Source: Lama glama
Lineage: Eukaryota
NCBI GenBank assembly: GCA_028534125.1
Contig: CM052817.1
Location: forward strand, 73,410,001-73,474,000
Direction of reading: 5' to 3'
DNA length: 64,000 bases
Below are positions 1 through 12,072 of the stretch, piece by piece. The notes beneath the pieces were generated by a model that saw nothing but the letters and a program-made list of their open reading frames with translations, made no database searches and was not told the origin of the DNA. Position 1 is the stretch's first letter; each line of letters begins with the position of its first letter. The translations under genes and the position numbers were made by a program.

Positions 1-79
1 TGCTGTACAATAGGGTTTGACATTGGTCCTCAGCAAAATTAAAAATGAATTTTAAAATAGGAAGTGTGTGAGGATTCAG

Positions 80-1070
80 ATTGGGGAGCAATAATCACTA
101 GGAATCAGGGTGGGTTTACAAAGAGTGGATGAGATCAAACTCATCTTGCTCCTTTTATTCATAGGTCTCTTAATTGGTAAGGAAATGCTGAAGATCCAAT
201 GTTTCAACTTGGCCTTGGACAAAACCCCAGAAAGAAGCATTTAGTTATTTTGTCATTGGACTTGATTCTTTACTCTTTTTCAGACTTCGTGGATGAGGCT
301 AAAGAAAGACATGTTAATTAAATTTACAGATGACTATGTTTTAATTCCTTTCAAATTTCACAAGGGTACATGTAACCATATATGTACAAATAGATTCAGC
401 ATTCATCTGCTTATATTCAAGAAAATGTAGATCTATTTTAAGAACAATTCAGTGGAAAAGGTCTTGTGACTTTAGTTAACTGCAAGCTCATTATGAGCAG
501 ATAGTGCAGAGGATTGCCAAGAAAAGTGAATACAAATCTAGGCTGCATTGGGGGTTGGAGGTTGTAGCTCAGTGGTAGAGCAAGTGCTTGGCATGCATGG
601 GGACTGGGTTCAATCCCCAGTGTTTCTGTTAAGGGAAAAAATAGTAAAAAAAAATTTTTTTAATTTTTAAAAAATAGTAAAGTTTTTTTAAAAATTAAAA
701 AAGAATCTAGACTGCATTAATAACAGCTGATTTTCAGGATAAGATTACCACTTCTTTGTGCTTCTTAGACCAGATATATTTGAAGTCTTGAGTTCTTAGA
801 TCTGGGTTCCACATTTCAAGAGGAAACACTGACAAAATGGAGCATATTTGGAAGTAGGTAAGCAGGACAATGAAGAGAGTGAAAAATTATGTCAAACAGA
901 AAATGGCTGAGTAAACTGGGAACTTAATTGCTTTCTTCAATTATGTGGAAGAAAGGGTACACAAATTTTATGTCACTCCAGAGAACAGAACTAAAACAGT
1001 GGGGCTGAGGAATTTGGAGAAAGCATTTTATAACTCAATATTAGGAAGAACTAAAAACTAGAGCTCTTAA
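80..1070 (+). mobile_element. Ancient L3/CR1 LINE ORF2 (reverse transcriptase) relic, interrupted by a SINE at 550-703
   Basis: Degraded translations match CR1 RT blocks in order: IITRNQGGFTKS (~91-126; CR1 SQHGFTK), MLIKFTDD (~311-334; FADD motif), LVNCKLIMSR*C...NTNLGCIN (469-549, continuing at 719; CR1 LVDSKLNMSQQC...LGCI), and WVPHFKR then WLSKLG (~803-920; CR1 FWAPHFKK...RLKELG). Ends approximate. Confidence 0.85.
550..703 (+). mobile_element. tRNA-Ala-derived SINE (camelid vic-1-like), head plus A-rich tail
   Basis: Pol III A box tagctcagtggtagag and B box gggttcaatccc. 15-bp TSD aatctag(g/a)ctgcatt at 535-549 and 704-718. Confidence 0.9.
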
Positions 1071-1225
1071 AATTTGAGTGAGATTAAGTATTAATTGTCA
1101 GTAATGTAGAGATGATAATTCTTTCCTATTCAATTTTAATCAAACTCTAATAGAAAACAAACAAATGAAAATGGGATTTTTTTTTTCTAAAGTTGGGGGC
1201 AAATTTCAAAAATTACCTGAAAAAA

Positions 1226-1680
1226 CAAATGGACAGAGAAGGACAAATACTGTATGATATCACTTATATGTAGAATCTAAAAAATAAATCAAACTAGTGA
1301 ATATAACAACAATAACAAGAAAAACAAAGGGGCAAAAATGGCTTTAATTGAAAAGAGAAGGTTGTTTCATTATTATATAAAGCTATAGTGATTAAATTAA
1401 AATGGCGCTGGTATAGACAAATCAATGAAATAGTTATCTCAGAAATAGACTTTGATATATCAATAATTTAATAAAAGACGAAAGTATAATAAGTGAGGAG
1501 AAATAGATGGATTATTTAATAATTTTAAAGGATAATTGGTTTCATAATGGGGAAAGACAAAAATACTCAAAAAAAAAATCCTGGTAATTTAAATTGTTAT
1601 GTGATTAAAAAAAAATCAAGCCATAAAAATTAGAAAAATTGGAGGTAAATATTTAGAAAACTCCTGGACTTGGGAAGAAT
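1226..1680 (+). mobile_element. L1 fragments (3' UTR piece, then old L1M ORF2 3' part)
   Basis: gacagagaaggacaaatactgtatgatatcacttatatgtagaatctaaaaaa is L1 3' UTR. tattatataaagctatagtgattaaa...tggtatagac resembles the ORF2 YYKAIVIKTVWYW block. Confidence 0.7.
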
Positions 1681-1689
1681 TTTTCTGTG

Positions 1690-2950
1690 TTATTATGTTT
1701 TACTGTACAACCTATCAAATATAAAAATAAATAGGGTGAATAGTATGGCAAATACCCATACATTCCTACATAGGTTTACTAATCATTAACATTTTGCCAT
1801 ATTTTCTTTCCTTTTTAAAGCATATGGAAATAAATTATAGTCATATTGTTTTACCCCTACATTCCATGGTATGTATCTCTAAGAAAAGGATATTTTCCTA
1901 ACTACACATAATATTATTATCACATCTGAAAAATTAATAAAAATTCCCTGATATCTTCTAATAGTCTGTACACATTCAGTTTCCTCAGTTGTCCCCAAAG
2001 GGTGTCTTTGTTGTTTTTAGCAAACTTTCCCAAACCAGGATTTAATCAATGGCCAGCATGGCTCTTACCATTGGGCTTTTTTTTCGGGTATGGGGGGTAA
2101 ATTAGGTTTATTTATTTGTTTGTTTGTTTTTAAGACAGAGGCACAGGGGATTGAACCCAGGACCTCATACATGCTAAGCACAAGCTCTACCACTGAGGTG
2201 TACCCTCCCCACCGCAGTTTGGCTACAATAGTTCTCTTTTCTGTGTTAGTTCAGGAAAGTCCTCCCCTCCCCTCTTCAAAAAATTGTATTTACTTATTGA
2301 AGAGACTAGGTAAATTTTTTGGTAGAATTCCACCCTCCGGATATGTATGATTGTTTCCTTCAGGTTTCATTTAACTTTTCGTTCATTCCCCACTATATTT
2401 CCTGTAAACTGGAAATTTCGATTTCAAGTTATGACTAAAGTCAGGTGAAACATTTTTGTCAAGAATATTTCATGGATCATGCTGTGAATATTATATTGTA
2501 TTATTTTAGGGGTTGCACAATACCTAGTTGTTTTACTTTTCATAATGCTAAGCCTCATCACTGGGTTAATGGTTAATGTGAAAATTGCAACATCACTCCA
2601 TTATAAAGTTATGATTATTCCCCTTGAGACAAGGAAATATTCTGTGTTGATAACTTGGCAGCAGATTAGTATCCAGTCCCTTGTCCACCTTATGCTCAAT
2701 GCTTTTAACATCCACTGCTGATTCTTGCCTGAACCACTTATTCCATTACAAGTTGCAAAAACGGTGATTTTCCAATTCTGTCAGTCCTCTTGCATTCATT
2801 AATTAGAATTCTTCTGTCAAGAAGAGGTTCCCTCATCAACTAGAGCTAATTGTTATTCTGAAATAGATTTCCATGTGAGAAAGAAAGAATTAATTCTTAA
2901 ATTTCTTTCTTTACCAATTTTTAAGTAAGAAATTGGTAATAACTGTCATC
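1690..2950 (-). mobile_element. Old L1M (L1ME-like) 3' region, degraded
   Basis: Motifs such as aacattttgccatatt, aaggatattttcctaactacacataat and cacattcagtttcctcagttgtcccc are typical of antisense L1ME 3' UTR. A related degraded copy lies at 16850-17640. Confidence 0.6.
2077..2210 (-). mobile_element. tRNA-Ala-derived SINE (vic-1-like)
   Basis: Reverse complement reads ggggagggtacacctcagtggtagagcttgtgcttagcatgtatgaggtcctgggttcaatcccc...aaataaataaacctaatttacccccc, then an A tail. Confidence 0.92.
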
Positions 2951-3051
2951 TCAATTAGTGGTAAATGTGATTTCTTTCCCCCTATGTTGAGTGTCATTAG
3001 GATTTTTATATATTCAAGTACATCAATCAGTTATAGTATCCTTTATGATGC

Positions 3052-3480
3052 TGTGATTGTGTTTACCAAAGAAGGCTACACTAATATATTTGGTCCCACA
3101 TGTTCTTCTTACAATGTGATGTTGACACTTCTCCATCACTTCTGCCCAGCAGAAGTGGGACATATGCTTTTAGTGAAATCCAATCACCCTGAAGCCATTG
3201 TATTGGAAACAGCTCATGGTAAGACACTATACAGCTATAGAGAGTTAACTAGGAAGTCCTAAGTGTTCCATTTTTTAGCTGTTCAAGTCCAGGCAACAGA
3301 CATGCAAGTGAACAAGCTCTCAGTAGATTTCAGCCTCCAGCTTTTGAGATGCCCAGCTGATACTGAGTAGACACCAGCTGACCCACTGAGCCTTACCCAG
3401 ACTGAAGATTTGAGCAAAGAATGAATGTTGTTTTAAGCCAAGTTTGGTATGGCTCTTACATAGCCATAGTTACTAGAACC
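3052..3480 (+). mobile_element. MLT1 (MaLR) solo LTR, MLT1H-like
   Basis: Starts tgtg...ccaaagaaggctacac...cccacatgttcttcttacaatgtga. Ends ttgttttaagccaagtttggtatggctcttacatagccatagttactagaac, the MLT1 3' signature. Confidence 0.75.
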
Positions 3481-4149
3481 GATGTTTTGATGAAGTTGGC
3501 CTTTGGGAGCCTCCCTAAATTGATTCCTGTGTCCTTTGACACAGTGCCAATGTTCTTCAATAGTTTCCTTGCTTTCTGGCATAAGACAGTGTCCTAAGTT
3601 CACCTTATACTTTCTCTGCCTCAGATGTGAAATCAGCCTTTTCCCCGAAAAACCCTGATTCTTTTTAGTGGGTAATGGTATTTAGTTTCAAAATCTGGGC
3701 ATTAGGAATGCTTTCCATGGAACAAGTTACAATAGGAAAATTACAAATTTGATGACAATAAAACATATCAGCATGTCTCCCCAAAGCAGAAAAACTATGA
3801 AGCTCAATAGAATGGACAAGAATAATACTAAAAAACCAATAAAAATGAAAAACATGAATAAGGAATTCTCAAAAGATGGAATACCAATGAATACAATGTT
3901 TAACTTCCTAATAATAAAAAGAGAACATATACTGTTAATTTTCCTTTGTCAATTTGGTAGATTTTCTTTAAAAGAAATAAGCTTCAATGTCAATAAGAAG
4001 GTGGTAAAACTGTAAGCTTTTTGGCCTTCTGCTAAGTGATTGGGCAATATGAATTAAGTTGCATTATTAAAAAGTTGTGACCACTTGTACTAGTTAGGAC
4101 AGAGCTTAAGATATGGTGATGAAGAGGTGCCAAATAAAGTGTCTTAAAA

Positions 4150-4500
4150 AGCAAATTTATTTTTTTCTCACACAACAGTCCATAGTGAGTGGTCTTGGTT
4201 GGAAGGACAGCTCTGCTGTCTGTGGTCATTTGGGGATCCTGTTTCCTTCCATTCTCTTGCTCTGCTGAATTTCCAAAGTGTTAGCTGTGTTATTGAAGCT
4301 AGGTTACAGGCAAGTCTGTGTTTCAGCTTGCACAAAGGGGAAAGAAAGAAGTCTAGGATAAGGAATTTTCTTTTAAGCAAGAGAGGTAGAATTCTGCTTA
4401 CAAGGCCATGTATACCTAGCTGCAAGGGAGGTGGGAGCTGTGGTCTTTGGACAGTCAACTATGTATCTAGCTTAAACATTATTATTTTGGAAGAAGATGG
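4150..4500 (-). mobile_element. Old MLT1 (J/K/L-like) LTR fragment
   Basis: cagctctgctgtctgtggtcatttggggatcctgtttccttccattct and cctagctgcaagggaggtgggagctgtggtcttt are old MLT1 motifs. Confidence 0.55.
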
Positions 4501-5727
4501 TATTCTTTGATTCAGTAATTCCATTTTCTGGTAATCTATCCTAATGAAATAAATCAATCACAGAAAGTAAGTGTTAATTACTTAAAGAACAATAACTCAG
4601 CCAAGGAGAGTAATGTTCAGTATGTTACTAGAGAAGAAAGCCTGTTGAGAAACATCTGTACACTATTATTGAAGGGTTTTAGAGACCATGGTAAGGAATT
4701 AAATGAGAAAGGAAACTGGTGAAAGGTTGTAGGTTAAAGAGTGATTCAATTTGACTAAGAACATTCTGTTTCCCGTATGGAAGACAGAGTGGAAGCAGTT
4801 GCCATAGTCTAGGGAACAAATGATTATGCAGTTTGAACTTGAGTTTTAGCAGTGGTAGTGATAGTTTTTTGACTATTAAATTTTTATTAGCTGTTTAGAT
4901 TTTGGAAGGAACATTTTGTCTGTGAGGCCAAACTTCCTACTTAGCCCATGTGGTAAGAGATAATGACAAAAGATCACTAAGTGGAGTGTTGGTACAGACA
5001 CATATCTGGGAATTATTATTTTAAAGTGCTCAGAGTTAATTATGTTTATAAAGTTAAAGATGAGTAAAATGCCAAGAAACTATACAAAAAGATACTTTCC
5101 GAGTAGAAAAATGTATCATTTTCATTTTCTTATATCTTAGTTTATTGATACGCTCTTTTCTACAGAATAATAAGAAACATTTTAGCTTTGTTCTTTACGT
5201 TTAAAATGGACACAGCTAGTATGTGATAGAGTTGCCATTCAAATCCAAGTCTTGTGACTCCCAGTCCTGATGATATTCTGGCTTGATTTTCAAACTTAAT
5301 TTATAATTTATGGATGGCATAAGGACTGAGAATTCCTTAACATGTTAAATGGCACTCAGTATATTTCTAAAATATCAAAAAAGTGGATTATATTGTTTTC
5401 TTTTGCCCTTATTAAAGCTATAATATTAGTGTTTAGATAGTATCTACATATCCTCTTTGTTATGAAAACAGTCTAATCTAATAATAATCTGTTAATCTAA
5501 TTATTAATCTAATAATTGATCTGTAATTTTATATGTAATATTTAAGTTATTTATTTATTTATTTCCTCCTGTATTTTGTATCAAGCTTGTGATGTTTTCC
5601 TGTGAGAAAATTACCTGGTTGCTTGCGATTATGGAATTCAGTATGAGATGCCATGGGGCAACTAATTTCCATTTCATCTCTGTTGGGAATAAGCCACATA
5701 AAGAATAAAACTGAGTCAATTCACTTA

Positions 5728-5919
5728 CTTTATTTTTTGATTATTAATTAAAAAATTTTTAATTGAAGTATAGATGATTTACAACGTTGTGTTAGTTTCT
5801 GGTGTACAGCATAGTGATTCAGCTATATGTGTGTATGTGTGTGTGTGTGTGGGTGTGTATGTATTCCTTTTCCTATTCTTTTTCATTATAGGCTATCACA
5901 AGATATTGAATATAGTTCC
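5728..5919 (-). mobile_element. Short 5'-truncated L1 3' end
   Basis: ttttaattgaagtatagatgatttacaacgttgtgttagtttctggtgtacagc...aagatattgaatatagttccc. TSD ctgagtcaattca(c/t)tta at 5711-5727 and 5920-5936. Confidence 0.9.
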
Positions 5920-6849
5920 CTGAGTCAATTCATTTATTCTTATTACTTGTTGAACACCTATTATGTTTAGGTGACTGTAAATAATACCAAAGTGCATGAC
6001 ATTCAATGGGTTTATAAGCTGGTTAGGGAGATCTTATTTCTACATAAATATCTGAAATGCAGTTGATAAGCCAAATTCACAGGAAGTAATACAGTTAAGA
6101 GTGCATTCTCCTCTTGGTTAAGGAAGAATTACATTTCTGGTCATTGCTGCCTAGCTTGGCTATGCTTTTGCTTCATAAAAGCTTAATAATTTTGGTTATT
6201 CTTACCTTAAAGGTTATATTACCATTTATCATAATGAATTTAGGGTAAAACATGGGGTTTTTTTTTTTATCAGCCTTCAGATTTAGTATTAGATACAGTA
6301 CATATTATAAGGAGCCTTGATAAAGCCATTACTTCCAGAACTTATTACAGAAATAGAATTAGAAACCCTATGCCAAATCAAAGAAAATCTTATTTGAAAT
6401 TATACGTATTGTTCAAATATTCACCTCCCTCAATTCTAATATTGGTAATCAATAAATGGTTACTGAATGAGTGAATGCAAGCATGAATAGATGATCCTGA
6501 CTTTCTGCCTACTTACGGACCTGTCTGTCCGTCTAGGTGTAGAAATTTATTTCTGTTGGACTGTATCTAAGTCCTCTTATGGTGGAATTATTGTATGTGG
6601 CACTGAATCTAGTGGTTACCTCCCTGAGATCTTCCATGAACTAAAATCAGTGGTGACTAGCTTAAATAAAATCTACACAAAATCTATCAATATTTTATTG
6701 TATATATCATCATATGAATATGATCTAAAGAAATGTGGGGGAGGCGGTGGTGATTTGTGGATGAAATCACTCCCATAGTATTGGCATCTTGACTCATTCT
6801 TCACCCTCCCTGAACCAGGGGTGGAAGTTCAGTTACTTTCCATATAGCT

Positions 6850-7300
6850 GATAAATTCTGGCTGCTAACAAATCCAAGTGCTCTTCTTGCTTATTTTTTC
6901 CTTCTGTTAGAAACAGAAGCAATCAGGCAAAAAAAGAAAAAAAAATCTTGTGAGAAAACAACAGTTCCTTACTCTGTACCACCTGCTTAAATGCAAGCTA
7001 AAGGCATCCAAATGATGCAACTCTTGAGTGTGGAAGAGGCTGGCGGATGGGCTGTCACGTCTGGCTGATCTGATGTCAGAGCAGATCATGTGGTGCTCTG
7101 TGGGCAGCTGGGACTGGCCCGCCGAAAGCACATGGATTACAGTCTGAGGCTGTAATGGGAAAGTCGGCTCCTGGACTACCGTCTCATAGACATCAGCCTG
7201 CGGGGAAGCTAGGGGCTCCCCGATTTGCCCTGTTCTGAGGCCCCTCCTGCTGCGTGACTCACAGGCACAGTGCTGAGAGAAGCTGCCGCTCCCTGTAAGT
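6850..7300 (+). promoter_or_regulatory. Candidate internal promoter / non-coding first exon ending at donor CCT|GTAAGT (exon end 7294)
   Basis: Repeat-free, GC- and CpG-enriched relative to flanks. AP-1 site TGACTCA at 7254-7260 and donor GTAAGT at 7295-7300. No expression data; host gene not recognised. Confidence 0.4.
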
Positions 7301-9404
7301 GCTTAAAGAAGGTCTTTATTCAGAGCATTTTGGAAGCGTAAAGGAGGCATTGGTGTTGATGGGGGTTCCTGGAAGCCTTTTGTAAAATACTCTCCCAGGG
7401 TCTGGGCTGGGCAGCTTTGCTTTCTGTGTCACCCTGGAGTTCACAGGCACAGCTGGTATGCAAATGTCCCTCCAGCCACGATTTCAGTTTGTTCTCCACG
7501 TGATGCATTTTTCTGAATTGTATTTTCTATTTTTGTAATTGAAGGATAGATTTTTTAGATCTGGTTAATGTGAATCAGTTTCAGATTTGCAGACCCTTGA
7601 GTGGACTTGGTATTCTCCATATGGTGAGCCGGGAGAGGGGAAAGAGGGTGGTGGCTCTCTTGGTCAGAATCCCTGATTATGTTCAGATACTGGCTGTGTC
7701 TGTGCTGGAGAAATATTTAGTGGTTGCCGCCTCTTTTCTGCTTTGGGTGAGTAGGTGGTGAGAGAGAAAGCAGGGTGAAGCAGCAGGGAGGAGTGTGTAG
7801 CTTTAGGTAGTTACTGGTAAATTGCCTTCTTTTAATGGTCAAATTGATATTAGGTGGTGCCAGCTGGCAGAACAGGTGCCGGTAGTGGGAGAATGATGGA
7901 GTTCTCTCTCGCTTTTTCCAGCAAGCAAATTGTCTTTCCTGCTTCAAAAACCTGATTAACGAGTGGTGAGAAGTGCGAGAGTACAGATTTCTAAGTGTTG
8001 GTTTTTGTTTTTTTGCTGGTAACAAGCATCACATTCCCACACCCATGCATCAGGAGCGATCCTCACCTTGGCTGTTTAGGTGTGGCCTTTTGGGAGAGCA
8101 AGGGAATAAATCCAATTAACATCTTTCTCTTCCCTCTAGGCATATGACACTAAATTTGTTTTAGAGACTGAAAATAAGTGTGTGTGATTGGAAGGGGCTC
8201 TAAAGGGAAATTTAGGAGAACAAATTGTTTATTTGCCTTCACACTTTTCTATGAACACTTAACTGAATTTTAGCTCGAGGTATAGGATGTCCACTTAAAA
8301 GACAATGGCAAATAAAATAAAATATTTATTTTTCGTTTTATTTTGAGGGATGATCCTAGTCTTTTCTGTGAGTATCTGCACAAACTGTAGGCTTTGGGGC
8401 CAAAGACTGATTCTAGAAACATTTAGGCATTAAAGAAACTTTTGGGTGGGAATGATGGTGAGCTGGGAGCAAAGACAGTAAGGTTAGATGAGGTCTATTC
8501 TTTTTTATAGCCTTTTGCAAGAGATGATTTAAGTCACAGAACATCACACAACAGACAAGGACTTGCCCCACCCATAGTGTTGTGAACATTATTCACTTGC
8601 CATTTTATTCCACTGAATTGCATGGGCACTAAGTGCAGAGAGGGTTCTAATTCATCCTCTGAGTTCTGTGAAACAGAGGACAAGTGAAATAAAATGAAGC
8701 CATAGGAAAATGAAGATTTCCCCGTCCTGCCCCACCCACCCTGTTCTCCTTCCATATTGTTGAGTGAAGCTAGATTTGTGCTGGAAAGGGACCTACCACT
8801 GCTTGTCGTTTTTTCAGTTATTTCAGAGAAGCTGACAAAGCGCACAGGACCTACAGCTAGTACTTGCCAGGGGTGAGTGGGTGAGCACAGTGTGAGGAAT
8901 GTTTTCGGAGGTGCTCTTACTGACCCTCAATCTCTGCCTTCTCTGCCGGACCCGAGACCACACCCCCTTTATTGGCTACGTGCCAAACACCATCTCTCTC
9001 TGAAGGGAAGCCTGATGCAGCGATGCCTGTGCTTGGGTGTGTTAATTCTTTGGACATAAAACCGAGGAGCCCTCATCTTTCTGTAAGCAAACAACACCTG
9101 CTTCTCAGGGTAGTGATGCCCATTTATGGGAGTTTTAGAATTTCTTCTCTTCAAAAATTGATCCACTACTATGAAAAGAAATGGAAGAAAATTACACATT
9201 TCCCAATCTCACTCACACAAGCTTCATGTTACTGTCTTTGTGTTCCCTTGTCTTAATCGTCACTTTCGGCAGGCTATGATTAATGCAGAGGCCATCTACA
9301 CCCCAGATTGCTACTTTTCAGGGAAGGCACATGCAGTTAGGGACTTATTGCTGAACAAACCTTCAGGACTGACAGTTCATCCCCTTCCCCTTTTTTTTTT
9401 TTTT

Positions 9405-9510
9405 TTCGCAGAGGGGAACACTGGCCAGAGTTATACATGAGTGACAGAATCAGGACCAGAACCCAGATCTCCTGATTTCTGACTCAGTGCACCTTCTGCA
9501 ACCACATTAC
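9405..9510 (-). mobile_element. MIR fragment
   Basis: gagtgacagaatcaggaccagaacccagatctcctgatttctgactcagtgc matches the antisense MIR head. Confidence 0.6.
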
Positions 9511-9962
9511 TTAAGGAAAGAGCATTTTCCTACAAACTTAGGTGTTTCTTCCATTTTAGGTTATTTTTCTTTTTATTGAGCTGTAATTTTACTAGAATAC
9601 CACTGCAATTTCACTTTCTAAGAATATCTTGGAATAGATTGAAAAGTCCTTAAAAAGAAAATTATTTTATTTTTTTAGAGGCATAGCATGTATATATTCT
9701 TTGCAGGTCACGTGATGAGATCTCAAAAACGTGATCATTAGTCTTCCAATCTTGCCTTACTGGGAATGAAGACCACCCTAATTAATAAGGGGATTATTGT
9801 TCAGTTTTGGCCATCAAATCAAATGCCACAAGAACATTTAGAAACTTTTTCCAATTTGAGTAGTTTTCTGAGTCATATTAGTGTTCTTTCTTTATGCAGG
9901 TCCTGTTTATGGTGACATATTTAAAATCATTTAAGAGATGTTTAATTTAAAATAAAGCTTCA

Positions 9963-10731
9963 CTCTAATTCGAAAAGATACAGCACTATTTACAATAGCC
10001 AAGATATGGAAACAAACTAAATATCCATCAGCAGATGACTAGATAAAGAAGTTGTACTAAATATATACAATGGAATACTACTCAGCCATAAAAAATAACA
10101 AAATAATGCCATTTGCAACATGGATGGACCTGAAGATCATCATTCTAAGTGAAGTAAGCCAGAAGGAGAAAGAAAAAGAAAAATACCGTATGATATCTAA
10201 AAATACCATGTGGAATCTAAAAAAATTATGCAAATGAACTTATTTACAAAACAGAAATAGACTCACAGACATAGAAAACAAACTATGGTTACCAGAGGGG
10301 AAAAGGTCTGGGAAGGGATAAATTGGGAGTTCAAGATTTGCAGATACTAACTACTATATATAAAATAGATAAATAAGAAGTTCATATTATACAACACAGG
10401 AAACTATATTCAATATCTTGTAGTAATCTATAATGAAAAAGAATATGGTAAAGAAATGTGTATATATGTATGACTGAAACATTACACTGTATGCCAGAAA
10501 TTGAGACAACATTGTAAACTGACTATACTTCAATTAAAAAAAAAGAAAAAAAATAAAGTAAATCAATAAAAATTAGAAATAATTATAACTGTACATGAGC
10601 TTGAAGAATAAAACCCAGCTCAATCTGTTTCACCAAATGTGGAAGCCATTTATCAGTTAAAAATTATTTTCAAGCAAATGCTGTTTTCAGCTACTTTAAT
10701 CAATAAAATTTTGCCTGGAAAAAAGTAAAAT
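9963..10731 (+). mobile_element. 5'-truncated L1 (ORF2 end plus 3' UTR) with probable 3' transduction
   Basis: gcactatttacaatagccaag...gactatacttcaatt then A tail at 10535-10575. Followed by ~140 bp non-L1 sequence, AATAAA at 10702 and a second A-rich tail. Candidate TSD aaaataaagcttca (9949-9962) / aaaataagccttca (10732-10745). Confidence 0.85.
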
Positions 10732-12072
10732 AAAATAAGCCTTCAGCTTGACTAACTCTCCTTAGATTACTGCTAGACTCAAAAGAGATTTTTGAAAAAA
10801 TACTTATTGATTGAATGAAAGAATTTACAGAACACTACAATGCCTGCTGATGAGTATAATGAATTTTAAAAGGTAGTGCAATGTTATGCCATCCCTTAAT
10901 GGTACTAGAAAGCCCATCTGTTAATTAGTCAATCTAATTTTAGTCAGGGTGAGATTCACATATTTGTTTGAAATCAATATACATATGAATAAATGTCACA
11001 TGTAATTCATCTATGTTAATGCTATTTGTAAAAGCAATAAACACATAATTAGATTGGGTGTGTTTTAATTATATTTTTTGGAAACCTTGGCTACTATACA
11101 GAAGCCCTCTGATTATATCCTTAATGTGCAATAATCAGTTTCTACTGGTCTAGTGAGGGCATCTTTTCATTCTAGATGTTAAACTATAGTGATATATTGG
11201 GAGAAATTAGTTCTGGTCGCTTTGAGTGGTTTCAACAAGAATAATTGGAACACTGTTCTACAGAGCCTGCACTCTCTAGCTTAGAAACAAATGATTGCAT
11301 GTGTGACATTTCTAAATGGTGACATATTCAAGGAACCCTCTAGCTGATTTTTTTTTTAAGCTTCAGGTTATGGAGTGGGGGAAAAACACAGAAAAGGGAA
11401 ATTAGGCATTAATGTTCCTAATATGGAGAGACAGAGACTCCAAATAAAGGTACCACTTATTTTAAAAAGATGTAACTGAGAGGAAATGGAAAAAAGAAAA
11501 AAAAAACAAAAACAAAACAGATGTTCAGTGGATCCTCAGTACAGTGAATAGCTGTTGTCTTGGATATAAATTTCACTCTTTAAGGTCTTGGGTGCCTTTA
11601 ACTGGTTCCATTTAGGCAGAAAGCACAAACAAATATCTCTTGTTGTAAATAAAGCAACAGATTTAAGTTCATGCTAATGTGTTCACAGCCATAGCCAAAA
11701 GCTTTTCAGGGTTATTATAACACACTGAGCTCTTAGCCTATCCATCTAAATGTGTAACATAGACTGAAGTTATGGATCAGTCCATTGTATACACCATCCT
11801 ACTTGAGAGCCAGATGCTACTGTTTACTGTGCTGGTGACTTTGCCAGCTTCAATATGAAATCTGAGCTTGCTGTTAGAAGTTACAGACTGATTTTTCTGA
11901 TCATGAATTCAAGGCCCTATATTCCAGTCTGTTTTGATTAATGCTGCTTTTTTAGAACAATCTCTTAAATCTAATTTATACCCAACTGTCCAAACTGTTT
12001 AGATGGAGGGCTTCCTTATGAAAACTATTGTCTTTTTGGCTCTGGGTTTGATGTAGGTCTTCAGCATACTTT

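Noticed and set aside
5470..5530. Repeated taatct motifs
   Set aside because: Low-complexity AT-rich sequence; no evidence of function.
9695..9716. Acceptor-like ttctttgcag followed by E-box gtcacgtgat
   Set aside because: An isolated motif with no plausible downstream donor; not distinguishable from chance.
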